Source: Balanoglossus misakiensis
Lineage: Eukaryota > Animalia > Hemichordata
Assembly: GCA_040954595.2 (NCBI GenBank)
Contig: CM082580.2
Location: forward strand, 14,522,389-14,586,388
Direction of reading: 5' to 3'
Length of the DNA stretch: 64,000 bases
The notes under the pieces were generated by a model that saw nothing but the letters and a program-made list of their open reading frames with translations, did no database searches and had not been told where the DNA came from. Numbering within the stretch: position 1 is the stretch's first letter; every line of letters begins with the position of its first letter. The position numbers and the translations under genes are program-made. Below, in pieces: positions 1 through 12,613 of the stretch.

Positions 1-1005
1 ATGTAACTTGCAAACACTGATTCTTGCAATTTTCAACGATAGATAACCTTGCTTGTTTATTAAAGGCTGCCAAATTATGGACATTTTTGCATTTCTAGGG
101 AACCCGAAAAGCCAGCGGAAAAGCGTTTGACCCAGATAAATGCGATCCTTCGCCGTGAACTGCCGCTAAACTTTGCGTATTTCGCTACTTTTCTGCCCTT
201 CGCCATAATGTAATGGTTTTTATTTGTGATTGAATTGGTATGCCAGATAATTTTTTTATCATGAAACTTTCAGGAAAGGCTCGGGACATCCCAAAGAACA
301 ATTTTACGGGACAGTTTTTTCATAAGTTTTCCCGTTGTGTTTTGGCAGCACGTTAAAGTTGTATACAAAATATCAACAAAAACTGTGTTTTCCTGAGTGA
401 TAACTTTGAAAAAAATAAGTTTATGCTGAAAGTGTCCCGTACATTGCTGGAGGGGTTGCTTAATATTAAAATGAATACAAATTATTCAATAATTTGTGAA
501 AACATGTCAAGATTCAATCCATATTTTGTAAAATTATGAATATTTATATTTAGGCGTATCAAATTTCATAATTTTAGCAGATATTTTTACAGTCATATTT
601 TTCCCTCACTTTTGAGTTTGTTAAGAATACATGCTGCAAATTTCAAGTCATTATCTTTATTCTAACTTGTGAAAATAAATTCACAAACATTGAGAGAATT
701 TGCTTCAAAAATAGCCTTTCCAACTACCTTAATAGTTTCTAAACAATCTGAATACTACCGGTAGTTTGCATTGCCATGAATGTTGTAATGTTTATGCTTG
801 TCTATTTACATAATCGAAGAATAAACTGATTGATATTTATAATGATTGGTTTATTTCATAACGTAAAAAAGATCACTATAATGGATCCTAACACGGCGAT
901 CAAGTAACGTTCAATCATACAGCTGTGCTCTTCCAAAAATGGTTGATACTCTTTTCATTTAAATGATATATTCATCTTGATATTATGACATTTATCTTTT
1001 TTCAG

Positions 1006-4000
1006 ATGTTGGCTCGGATACAATTACTCGCCTTACTACTGGATAATTGAAGCTCCCAGAAATTTCATCTTGTTTGTGAGTATAAAGAGCGACTAATCTG
1101 CAGGGGTGGAAGAATCAAGATATGTATGGAGGGGGGGGGGGGGGGGGTTAGGACCTGGAAAGGGATTTGGATGAAAACCTATACTATGTCATTCCAGATA
1201 AAGTAACATGTGTTTCCCCATTCACAGGTTAATCTCATATTTCTGATAAATATCGTTCGGGTCCTGGTGACAAAAATGAGGGAAACAAACACAACAGACT
1301 CGACACAGGTTAAGTAAGTGTAGAAAGATGTTTTTACAAATTTCTTTGGAAACTCACCATGATACACCATATAATACAAGTGACCAGAAAACCGGGGACC
1401 ACAAAGGTCTTTACACACATACAAGCTATGTTGACAAGTGGAGTACTGGGTATGCTGTTTGGAAAAGAGCAAGAAAATGCATTTGATACAAAGAACAAAA
1501 ATACTGGAAATAAAGCCAAGTTACAGCTAATGTCTCTTTAAATGCCAAAACTTAACCCAGATTGGGAAATCGTATTAATTTGTCATAATTGTATAGTTAT
1601 AGCAATTTTGACAATATACATTAGCATGTCTGATGTGATAATGAAAATTTTATGTCTCAACAGTGGTATTTCATTTATTATTCACAGGAAAGCTGCAAAG
1701 GCGGCGATGGTGTTAGTTCCTCTACTGGGTGTTATAAATCTGTTATTTCTACCCGGAAAACCAGACTCGACGGATCCTGCATGGCTTATCTATCTCTATT
1801 TCTATGCCACAAGTGTCTTAATCACCTTCCAAGGATTTGTCTGCGCTCTCATATTCTGCTTCTTCAATGGCGAGGTTTGGAAATTCTTATCTTGTTTGTC
1901 CTTTGTTTTCTGGACTTAAGATGTATCGAATTGCAACATCTGTTCTCTTTGAATGTGTCTTTTAAAAGCAACAGTAAAACATGGCAAAAGATTACTTGTT
2001 GACGTCATCCATTACAGATGCTATTTGTTCCAAGACATTTCATGTTAATTCGCCATCAGTTTGTAAACTGACCTTCTATGGACCATGGAGACCCAGGCTT
2101 GGAATGTTAATTGTTATCACTGTACATGTATTGTATATTTACAAGTTAGAGTGATTAATCTTTCCCAATACTGTTCTGTAGGTTCAGCAAGCGATCAAGA
2201 GAAAGTGGATGGGATGGCGTGAATCACGAAATCCACAGTCGAGGAGAGGCACATCAACCACAAACACCTGTATCTCAGAGGTAAAGACAGTTTAATTCAT
2301 TTGCTAGCTGGAAATTACTACAAACAAAAACAATAACCCAGACTGGGCTGGGGAATTTGGTATATCAGCATTGCAAGTCATTCTGTCTGTCCATTTCATT
2401 TTATCACAGACCGTGGTCCCAGTTTAGCATTATTTAATCACAATCTGGACACGTATTCCATGGGAGACAGGCAATCACATTCATATATCTTGAAATATTG
2501 AGGCAAATAAATGATCTATTTCCGCTCAACATGAAACAGCGGTATATAAATACACACAATTTACCGGCATTAATGCACGGCAAGACTGAAAGAGATCGTT
2601 GCCATGTTTCATTTTACTGGGAGGCAACTTAACCACAGACAAACTCACAATTACTCGATGGTGGAAATAAAGTGCACCAGTCTATGTAAAATTTACTGTT
2701 TACACTAAATATACCCTTGAACTTTGAGTGTCCCTGTTTATGGCGAGACAACATGAACCTTTCAGTTCAGATGCAACTGAGTATTTCTGGGTGCCTGAAG
2801 CGGATTTGCCAGAGATTTTGCATATTCAAGTATTATTGAAGTTTCAGACACATTTCTAGCTTCCATTGCTTTTGGGGGCCTATACATACTGTTTCTTTAC
2901 CCCAAAGATATTTACATGTAATCGATACGGAGAGATGAACATCAATCTGGCGCCAGAATACCCCATAACAGATTGGGAATATGCAAAATTGAACGGCTAT
3001 ACGATGAAACAAGATAAAGTGTAAACGTTATTCATACGTGGTTCTCAGAAACAAGCCAGCTTCTTCACATTACTGTAATGAACCAATGGGAATTGCCAAG
3101 CAAATATTGACTCACAAGTGTTCTATTAAAGGGACAAAGTTTCTCTCTTGCTGCCCTTTTTCCATTAATTATGTTTGATACAAGACACCGTTTATGTTAT
3201 TCTACATGTGGATATATGGTAAATTATATTATATCATGCTACCGTCCGCAATTCTGATTGGACGAGAGCTCAATCCAGCAATGCTAAAATTAAGCAATAA
3301 AACACCCCCAGCCATGGTATATCACGAGATTTTGACCAGTTCACGACATATACGCACGAGCGATAGCGAGTGCGTATATGGAGTTGAACTGGTCAAAATC
3401 GAGTGGTATACCATGGCTGGGGGTGTTTTATTGCTATTATATTATGCCAGTATATTGAAACTTTGCATAAAACATTTTAAAAAGGCATTTTCTTTAACTA
3501 TGATATATGACTGTGGTATATGGCTAATATATCACGGTCACGTGTCGTGTCTCGACCAATCAAATAGCGTGATTTACACCATCAATATACTGGTATAATA
3601 TAATACTCAATAATGCACTGCTAAAACGGGCCCCTGAACTAGCATACGGCAGCAAAAATGTGCGGTTAAACCAGTCGCACGTGTTTAAACCAAATAAATA
3701 AAACAAAAATACTGTTGAATTAACGGACGTTTTATTTTAGAACTGCTCTGTGGAAATATTTGTCACTTTGCCACGCGCGGTGCCCGTCTTGTCACTTTTT
3801 TGTCGTCTGCTTCATGTTTAATGCTCGATCCCGGCCACTCGTGTTTACATTCAACGTCGCCATGTTAGTTCACGATCATAATTTCTCTTTCTGACGCCGT
3901 TTCGGTAAGAAAATGACTCTGATATGCCACAAAAACAATTGATGATATAATATAATAGCAATAACCCCCGTCTCAGTCAGGTATACACTCGATTTGGGTA

Positions 4001-4571
4001 CAATTCGCTCCATATAGCACTCGCATGACGGCCCGTGCTATACATCTCGAATTGTACCCAAATCTGCGGCGGGGGTTATTGCTTAATCAACGTTCAACCA
4101 CAGACAACTTCCATCCCGTTTGTAGGATATGAGAGTAAACATCTCGCCAAAATGAATAAATAGTGAACACCGATTATTCATTTTGGTGAGTTTTTCACTC
4201 ACATGTCTGCACGTGGGATGTCCCTTTAACACTTTGAATTTAGACATTTTGTGAGGTCGATTCTTTTCGATTCTGATTTTCTCCCATCGCCTGCTTTCTT
4301 TATGTGGTTTAACGGAAGGATCCATGCATCCTCTCACACATGTGCATTCACATGACCCTTCCCTTTAAAGAAAGAATTAGAGACATAAGGATCATTGGAT
4401 GATGAATCAAACTAAACTACTGGGCGTTGACACAACACAAACAAGAACTATGTTTACTTGCATTCTCTTTTTATGCTTTTATTATTTTCTATCCACTAGA
4501 TCCGGATGAATTCTATTTGTGATGTCACCGGCGATAAAAGTCAACATTGTAACGAAATAACGGCAGTATAG
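1006..4571 (+). CDS. Class B (secretin-family) GPCR, PDF-receptor-like; 3' part (ECL2-TM5-TM6-TM7-C tail), 5' exons off-window
   Basis: In-phase exons 1006-1075 (CWLGYNYSPYYWIIEAPRNFILF), 1228-1313 (VNLIFLINIVRVLVTKMRETNTTDSTQVK), 1688-1874 (KAAKAAMVLVPLLGVINLL...FQGFVCALIFCFFNGE), 2182-2280 (VQQAIKRKW...), probable last exon 4500-4571 (IRMNS...EITAV*). LVPLLG and FQGF..A..FCFFNGEV are class B hallmarks. CWxGYNxxPYYWIxExPR and PLLGxxNLL resemble PDF receptors as I recall them. The terminal exon is less certain. Confidence 0.85.
3293..3435. repeat. ~140-bp near-perfect palindrome (foldback/MITE-like hairpin)
   Basis: AGCAATAAAACACCCCCAGCCATGGTATA...TATACCATGGCTGGGGGTGTTTTATTGCT; the arms pair through to a short central loop. 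Confidence 0.85.
3957..4083. repeat. Second related palindromic element
   Basis: AGCAATAACCCCCG...GATTTGGGTACAATTCG...CGAATTGTACCCAAATC...CGGGGGTTATTGCT; same AGCAATAA termini as 3293-3435. Confidence 0.75.
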
Positions 4572-5635
4572 TTTAACATTTATGGATTTGCGAGACTTTT
4601 TAAAAGCGAAGAAATTTTACTACAAAATATCCTACTGCAGGCATCTTTTGGATCACGAGGCTATATATATTAGATAAGAAATCTTCAGTTATTGAAGAGG
4701 CAAAATGACTATACGCTCTCTAGAATTTTAAATATACAAGTTCACAACTATCAAAGGACAAGAGAATAACGTACAAGACAAAATCTTTGTGGCTTGATTG
4801 AACCAGACTAACCAAGAAAAGATGTCATTTCACTTCCAGTTCTGTGAGGGCAGTAGATTCACCCAACAGACACTTTTGATCGCTAGTTGGAAGTTCGAAC
4901 AGTTGCTGCTAGCGACATTATTTTACCAAGCGGTTTGATTATAAGGATAATTAAATCACACACTTGCCGAAGATTTAATTTATTCTCTGATGTAATGTAC
5001 ATCTATATATTTAATTTCCAACAGACTTTTAATTTCTTCATGGGTAAAAAGCAGCATTGATAATAATTTATACAAGAGCTTAGAAGTAATTGCAGTCTGC
5101 ACTTTCACGTTCATGTAAATGTGTCTTGACATTACACTCAAACATTCAATCTTTAAACTTTGGTGACTCGATTGACAGTAAAGAATAATTGGTCATACAA
5201 ATTGCTGTCACGGTCATTTCCCAAATGTTGTTGTCTTTCATACACAAACCAAAAAGCACCAGACTGATTTCATTTAATGTTATTTGCAATACTTTTGCAT
5301 TAGCTTTTACTTTTCGATTTTAAAAGCACATAGACAATACAATGTAAATAATTTGTTGTATTGTATTGTATTCCTTTTACGTTAATTTCCTGATACCATC
5401 ACACAAACTTGTGATAAAAATCCATCGAAAGGTCGACTCTGATTTGAAAAGACATTCTGTTGTCAACAAAAACCAAGTTCTGTATGTACCGTTTGTAGTT
5501 TGATACACTTTTGCATATTCTCCAATCAGCTGACCTAATTTATAAGATTATCCTTGTCTGTGAATACCTTCATATTCTACGATTGTCCCTTTATGTGTGG
5601 GCATTTGCCTTTGTTCTTATTAAATGATTACACAC

Positions 5636-6490
5636 CACAGGGGCCTCTCCCTCCGCGATTTTGTTTGTTTGTTGTTGTTGTTGATGATGATGATTTTTGG
5701 CATAATAAACAAATACATATTTCTTTATTAATAAATATGGTTTGTTGACATGTAAGGGTAAGGGTATATTCGACAGGTTAGGGTTAGTGTTGGCATTTCT
5801 TTCGATCCACGGCCCCGGACATATCACTAAGCCACAAAGAGAGACAAGGGTGGAAACTCGCCCAGTACGGCCAAACCTGAATGTCTCGTTTCGGAAGGTT
5901 AAAACGTTAGTAAGATTCAAATTGGACCAATCAAATAGCTTGTTAGTCCTGCAAGGATTCAAATTGGACCAATCAAATAGCTTGTTAGTCCTGCAAGTGG
6001 ACGTTAATCGATTTCAGCCCGGTCTTTTAGCCTTTCGAAACGAGACATTTAAGTTTGGCCGAAACGACTGTACGGATGTCAACGGAGAACGATGTGAAAT
6101 ATTGCCGATTTAAACCTTTTTATTAAATTACAGGATAGATATAATAAGTATAGAGTATGTTGTCATTGCAAACGTAATATTTCAATTGTCAGACATTAAT
6201 TTGTTGTGTTTTTCTGGACTTAAAAATACGGTGTTGGGACCCGGAAATGGGCGAGTTTCCACCCTTGTCTCTCTTTGTGGCTTAGTGATATGTCCGGGGC
6301 CGTGGATCGAAAGAAATGCCAACACTAACCCTAACCTGTCGAATATACCCTTACCCTTACATGTCAACAAACCATATTTATTAATAAAGAAATATGTATT
6401 TGTTTATTATGCCAAAAATCATCATCATCAACAACAACAACAACAACAAACAAACAAACAAACAAAATCGCGGAGGGAGAGGCCCCTGTG
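5636..6490. mobile_element. Non-autonomous DNA transposon with ~225-bp TIRs and 7-bp TSD (P-superfamily-like)
   Basis: 5636-~5864 is the reverse complement of ~6248-6490. Ends CACAGGGGCC...GGCCCCTGTG, flanked both sides by TACACAC. Internal nested inverted repeat 5863-6070 and 42-bp tandem duplication 5914-5997. Confidence 0.85.
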
Positions 6491-9325
6491 TACACACACC
6501 CTCACTGCTTCCGCCATATTGTCTTTTATAAAAGTCAAACTGTACCTGCTGGTGTACATTAGGTCAACATAAATGTATTTGAGTGATCCTCCAATCTTCA
6601 ATAAATATTAAATATCTGGGTCGCTGTGAATGCCAGTACAGCAGCTTGAATCTCAAAATGGGAATTAAGTTTAGCAGTAAGCAGCTGCTTGCGGTAGTTA
6701 TGATAGCGCAATACCAAATTCAGTCAAGCATTCACATCGTCTTGACCTGATATAAATAAAATTAACGTCCATTCTCTCGAACGCGGAATCGACCTTACTG
6801 TTGAAAACAACATCCCTATCCTGTGATAAATTCGTATCCCCATATAAATAGCCATGATATAATTTACAGGACAAAATGCTTTCTATGTAAAACAACATTA
6901 GAAAAACCTAAAATCGGACTGTCGACACAGAGATCTGATCGGACGATGAATACCTAAATGAACACTATGTAGCTCTCTCAAATCACATCACAGCAAAGGG
7001 AAGGCGATACAAAAGCCCAGGGGGGGAATGTGTCGCGTTGACCTGCGTTAACAGATCCCGTAAGGAGTACGGTGCCCAGAGCGCTAACACATCCCTTCCT
7101 CTGGCCTCTTTTTGCACACAACGAAAATTGCCCGGAAACCCGAACTCTGAAAACTGGTACAGTGTAGCGCGTAGACAGACCCGTGAGAGCCTCTCACAAA
7201 CAGCACTGTCTCCAACACGGCAGTCGGAACTCGCCACGGAAAGCACTCGTCTTGACGAAATATCGGCCCCTCACCGAACTGCTAAGGTAAACAGGACTAA
7301 GATCTCGCTATTATTGACCCGGGATGGCTATCCGGAAGGGATAAGGCGGACCAAATAAGGAAAAGATGCACAGAGCCACAACTTCGAGTTCCTTCTTGAA
7401 CGGATCCAGGCTAATGAGTAAATCCTCCCCTAAAAGCACATGGTAGACATGCTAATCACGTGACCCAGAACGCGCTTCTGATTGGTGTATAACGGCAATC
7501 GGCAATGCATGATCACTCAGCAAGGGCGTGATAGGGAACTCTCCCCCCCCCCCCCCCCCCCCCCCCACACAGCGTTTTTGTGTTTTCTTTTACGATCGGC
7601 GTCATTATCCACCCCAGCGTGTTGTTCTATATAAAGTTTTGAAACGTGAGTGATCCGCGATATATGTTATCATACGGTGATATGTGCCATATGGCATCGC
7701 AGTCTACATAGCGTGTCATAATACTCTCCTTGTAGACCACAATAACCTCAACATTCTAGGCAATACTGCAACATGTGCGATTATATCACAGTTGGGTATT
7801 TATTTATGTAGGTAGATTACGTTTACGGGTTTGATTTATATGTGGATATGCGTTTACGATATGTTCACAGGGAAAGTAGATAGAAACTAAATAAGTTTTG
7901 TTGTCTCAAGTGGCTCAAATGCAAGTCATCGTGGCAGTAATTTCGTCCATAACCAAGTCGCCATACGACATCTTGCCCCATTCCTACTTTTACCAGAACC
8001 ACTGCATCCCATAAGTTGAAGTGAGCCCATAGTGCTACCCCTAGAACTACAAACGGTGTAATTCGTAGACAACAATTCGCGTGTGCCTTGAATTTTTACA
8101 TGCGTCACATCGATTCGAGAAGGGAACTTAGTGCTGACTCTACGCATAAGCGCGAAGCGGTCACCCCCCCCCCCCCCCACACACACACACAACGCACACC
8201 ACCACCACCACCTCCAATACGACTAATTTCACCTAAACGCGACGTCTAACTTGTGTGTAGTGAAAAAAAGTATATGATCGGGCATATCACCCACCTGCTC
8301 AGTTCAATGTATTCTGTGACTCACATTTCTTAACTATCAAATGTTCGATTTTCATATTTGTTTGTACACCAAAAATTCACATAAAAACCACATTGATTAC
8401 TTTCCTAACTAGATGTATATTCGGCAAGAAACGGCAGTGCTTGACACAATGTCTGATATCAAATTGTGGAGTTAGGCCTACGTGCTAACCCTAACCCTAG
8501 GCTCGAGACCCGCGATTTCTTTTCTACGTCCAATCTCGACCATGTATTTGTGGCAGTGTTGCACTGATATACACAATAAAAAACATAAACTCACGGAAAT
8601 ATTGTCTACAGTTCCCGGCAGAATGACCACGAAGCAAGTACTGACAGTCGGCGATGCAGAAGCTAACAACTTACTTGTAGACGTAATACACGCAGTCAAC
8701 TGGCTGGTTGGGAAGCAATATCTCAAAAAACGCACGTGGAGTTGTTCACGTGTGTTACAGGCCATGTCAAACTTGACTGATGGCTGGCTGACCTCGAAGC
8801 TGATTCGCGCATTCGATTACAAACAACAGATGCTACACTTTACAATATGCAAATTCATGGTATTGAAGCTGGTATCGAAATATACTGTAGAGCCGATCGC
8901 CCATTTTATTCAAAGAGCTAGTAAATTGTTATAACTATCATGAAATTAAAATACATGGACCATCAAACAATTTCATAAAATTACATCGTTCGTATCAGAA
9001 ATACCATGTCTTGAAATAGGCGATTGTTGTAATACCAAATTAAAATAAACTTCTACATGTGTTGGGATAATGTCCGCTTATACTAATGATATCAAACTTA
9101 TCTACAATGTGCAAAGCATACAGCTAGCCGACACACCTGTACCAAATCCTTCATTTAATATTAACCATTTACAATTTGAGTTTGACACGTAGAATTCTTA
9201 CATGCAATGATGGTATGGGGAACATTACCACAGAGTAAGTTTTCCGAGAGTAGAACTACTAGTATTACATTGGAAAACAACAAAGATTGAAGTGTTTTCT
9301 TTATAAAAATATGAATTCTAATTAC

Positions 9326-9545
9326 CTGTCTTGTTTCTTTGATGTTCACGGTTGGATGCAGTGGTGTTGAAACGAATGGGAACTTCGCTTGCCGGCAGGC
9401 GGGTAAAGGTTATTCCTGTCCCAATTTTCAGTTGATCAGAAATGATGGATTCAATAAAGAACAAGAACACGAAAATCAAAACCGATACGAATAAGAAAAC
9501 TTTTACCGATTTTGCTGGGACCAACCACGCACAATCCAGCTTCAT
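9326..9545 (-). pseudogene. Orphan paralogous copy of the C1GALT1-like first coding exon (signal anchor/stem)
   Basis: MKLDCAWLVPAKSVKVFLFVSVLIFVFLFF...EHQRNKTG parallels MKLNLMGLFHAQKAKWSLFVSLLIFALLIL...EHQSNKTG. Same phase-1 GT donor and similar sequence before the ATG. No catalytic exon seen downstream in the window. Confidence 0.6.
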
Positions 9546-10231
9546 ATTTTATCAGCGATCGATTTCAGCTGTAGAGTGGGGGAATGTACATTCGGTATGA
9601 AGTGAACTGGGTGGCAAGCTGGCACAAGCGATTGTTACCAGCTGCGACACTTTCTGGTTGCTACCACCATGCCGGGGTGGTTCAAAGAAGGATTCAAATA
9701 CCCACTGCAAATATCTCTATAATAACTATCGTGAGCAATGTCAAATTCATTCAGTCATTAACAAAGATTTCCACAGTAATATTCCAGAGGTATTGTTCAC
9801 ACTACGGCATTCTTAAACATGAAAATTTACATTTTTGTTAAACTGCACTTATTCATACAAAGCTTGACTTGCATTACCTGACCAGCAACTACTTGTTACG
9901 GCAATAAACCAAGTCTCGCGAGTTCTCGCAATGAGCGTTAAATCATCTGTTGGTCAGGAACATCGTGCCTTTTCATTTGACCTTTCTAAAATCACTCGTC
10001 ATCACGCTGCCGATGACGATGTCTGTACTAGGCATTGTAGGTTGGTGAAATATATGAAAGACCAGACAAGTGGACAGTGAGTTGGTATAATGGTATTTTA
10101 ATCAGTGACTGTGAAACTTCTACTTCTGCGTTCACTGTACTATACTCTTTTGGATAATCTATTAATTCCAGGGGAAAACACCACACAAACTGGAGAACAT
10201 ATAATTGATTGTCATTCTCTGCGTCAGTAAT

Positions 10232-12613
10232 TCACGCTACTGTCACATTGTAGATGAGATAATCCAGAATGTACAGGTCTGTAGGACCGAGGTGATGAGC
10301 GCTTATCAGGTAATCGGAACAACAATCTTTGCCCTGAAAGACAGACAAGAAAACAGTATAGCAGTGAATAATAAAAGTTGTGTTCTGGTGTGTTTTGTCC
10401 GTAAGCAAGTCAGTTTGCAAATAACTTAAAACTGGTGTAGGCCACAGAGCGGGAAAATGGAAATGCACCGGAGTTCACCAAGTCGACATCATTTGACATT
10501 TCTAGTTCGCGGGGCGATGATAGCAGGACCTCAGTCACACCATACCCTTGTTAAATAGAGTTAAACCGAGAATGACGTTATTTTGCTCTCAGGCAGAATT
10601 TTATGATACATCTATTAGCGAGCAATGAAAACCAAAGAAATTGCGTTGTGGGCTTTATCACCCTGGAGACAAAATGTTAAACAGATATCACATGATATAT
10701 CTAGGGTATAGTAACCTCACATCCTGGTATTTTGTTGGCGTGACACCATACGTCATTCAACATTAGCCTAAATATAATATTCACTCTTGATCTTTCGTAA
10801 CAGATAAAATTCGGGTTTTTCTGTGTTTGAACGAGCTAGAGTACACAATTCCAATAGTCCGCGGTTTAAGCTCAAAATGGCAAACTCGTATTTAAAAATG
10901 GTAGTATGTAGGCTAAGGACCAAAAAGGGTCCATGAAAGTGGCCTATTGTAGGATGGTAAGAGTAAACTCCATTGTAATATTCATGATGTACATGTAACC
11001 GAGCAGTATAGTGGTGTTATCTTCACTTACATTTCTGAGTTGAAATGTCGGTTTGGAAAAAATAACACACAAAATACATATTCAGCTCTATGAAAGCATG
11101 GAAATGATATTCAAATGACCTTAGTCATGAAATCCATTGAAAAAGTCAATGAACAATACTGACCGAAGATGTCGGGTAATATTCGTATTTTAAGATCCAT
11201 CCATATAATGGTCCTATCAGAAATGTCTCCAATCTGAGTGGTAGGAAGCGCTGTTTTCCATACTCGTCTCTAGAGTCTCCGTGAGTTACTCCAACCAATT
11301 CTAAGCATTCTCCCATCAGCACATCCTCGATTCCCTTCTCTCCCTTCTTGCAAAGTTTCTCTTTATGAAGACCGTGTTCCACAAAACGTGATAGTCCCGC
11401 TTTGCTCATAACGTAGCCGCCACCTCCACTCATGTAACTTTGGTTAGTCTTAGGCAGATGTAATCGATGCCCAAAGTATATAGGCTCTTTTGATGTGAAT
11501 TCTGACAACATATATTTCAAATTCTCCACTACAACATATGTGTCGTCGTCAGCTTTCAGGAACCAATCAGCGTCATCCAAATAGTGATTGTAAATATATT
11601 GAAATGCTGCTTTTGTCTTTCCCCACAGCTCCTCATAACCTTCGGTGACATTAAGGCCAACAATTGACATGTTGGGATTTGACACACTGCTGACGTATAA
11701 AGTGATATCACAGCGTTTCCCCCAGGTATCTTGCACTGCCTGCAGCCTGCTGCGAGCTGTTTTGGGCGATGTTGTTACAACACACAAAAGGCGTATTTTG
11801 GCAATGGCGCTTGGACGGGACACTAAACGAGTAACCATTTCTGTCAACACGGAACAGAAATAATTTAATACAACGGACTCATCCAACCCTTTGACTGTGT
11901 TCTATTCATATGTGCTGTATCATTTACATATAATTTGATCTCGACATGCCTGTAAAGATAGCGTGACAGCCTGTGTGTGCAGAATACATAAACTAATTTG
12001 TCAGGATTATTATAGGAATGTCGTGTTTGTGGGAGCCCGTTCTTGTCAAAATCTGCATGACTACACAAAGTTAATTAAAGCACATTAATTAATTCGAGAT
12101 GCTAGTAAAATTAATTCCAATCTACATAAAATTAATTCTAACACGTTAAATTAATAAAACATAATTTTGACGAGAACGGGCCCCCATATCGTGTTTGCTG
12201 TCTGCGTTCCACAAGGTCGAGGCCACCGGTGCGCACTGATTGAACGAGTTAACGACTACCTAGTACCTTGAGAGAACACCAGACGTAATAGTGAGACAAT
12301 GTGTGTCCAGAAAGTGGTATTTTTATATTCTAAAACGAATAAGGTGAGTGAACTTTGGTTTGAAAGAATGTGAAAACCACTTACCAGTTTTGTTGCTCTG
12401 ATGTTCAATGCTGGTGAACAGGCCGGATACAGCAGTTTCGAGATGCATGGAAATTTCGTCACCCAGTTGAGTTGGGTATAATCTTTGGCCATGGTTCACT
12501 TGAACAGACATATAGGCTGCGATTAAAATAAGAAGAGCGAAAATCAAAAGCGATACGAAGAGGGACCATTTCGCCTTTTGTGCGTGAAACAAGCCCATGA
12601 GGTTCAGTTTCAT
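10232..12613 (-). CDS. C1GALT1: Glycoprotein-N-acetylgalactosamine 3-beta-galactosyltransferase 1-like (core 1/T-synthase, GT31), ~335 aa
   Basis: Exons 12613-12385 (TM anchor), 11840-11164 (RLLCVVTT, TWGKRCD, LWGKTKAAF, DWFLKADDDTYVVVENL, YMSGGGGYVMSK, EDVLMGECL, GDSRD), 10333-10232 (GKDCCSDYLISAHHL...*). Total 1008 nt in frame. Family is certain; strict orthology is not. Confidence 0.9.
12030..12188. mobile_element. Small MITE in C1GALT1-like intron
   Basis: TIR TGGGAGCCCGTTCTTGTCAAAAT / ATTTTGACGAGAACGGGCCCCCA, flanking duplication TCGTGTTTG. Internal AAATTAATTC subrepeats recur at ~49370-49560. Confidence 0.7.

Larger units (their letters stand above)
3130..4225. mobile_element. Probable non-autonomous TTAA-targeting DNA element (Kolobok-like ends) carrying palindromic inserts, in a GPCR intron
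   Basis: TTAA|AGGGACA at 3126-3136 and TGTCCCT|TTAA at 4219-4229. Only 7 bp of perfect TIR and no coding capacity. Confidence 0.4.

Noticed and set aside
1-732. Possible right end of a TTAA-flanked transposon (…CAACTACCTTAA)
   Set aside because: The matching left end is not in the window, so TIR and TSD cannot be verified.
1131-1147. Long G/C homopolymers (also ~7543-7566, ~8165, ~35760)
   Set aside because: Common simple runs throughout this window with no specific context.
5591-6572. Mirror-image ORFs (MLTCKGKGIF..., ...GRVSTLVSLCG...)
   Set aside because: Products of the inverted repeat arms; no protein-like features.
6983-7530. GC-richer segment with ORFs and CCAAT/E-box motifs, possibly a retroelement or promoter remnant
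   Set aside because: No recognisable domain, terminal repeat or splice chain.
8485-8499. CTAACCCTAACCCTA telomere-like repeat
   Set aside because: Only ~2.5 units; too short to call an interstitial telomere.
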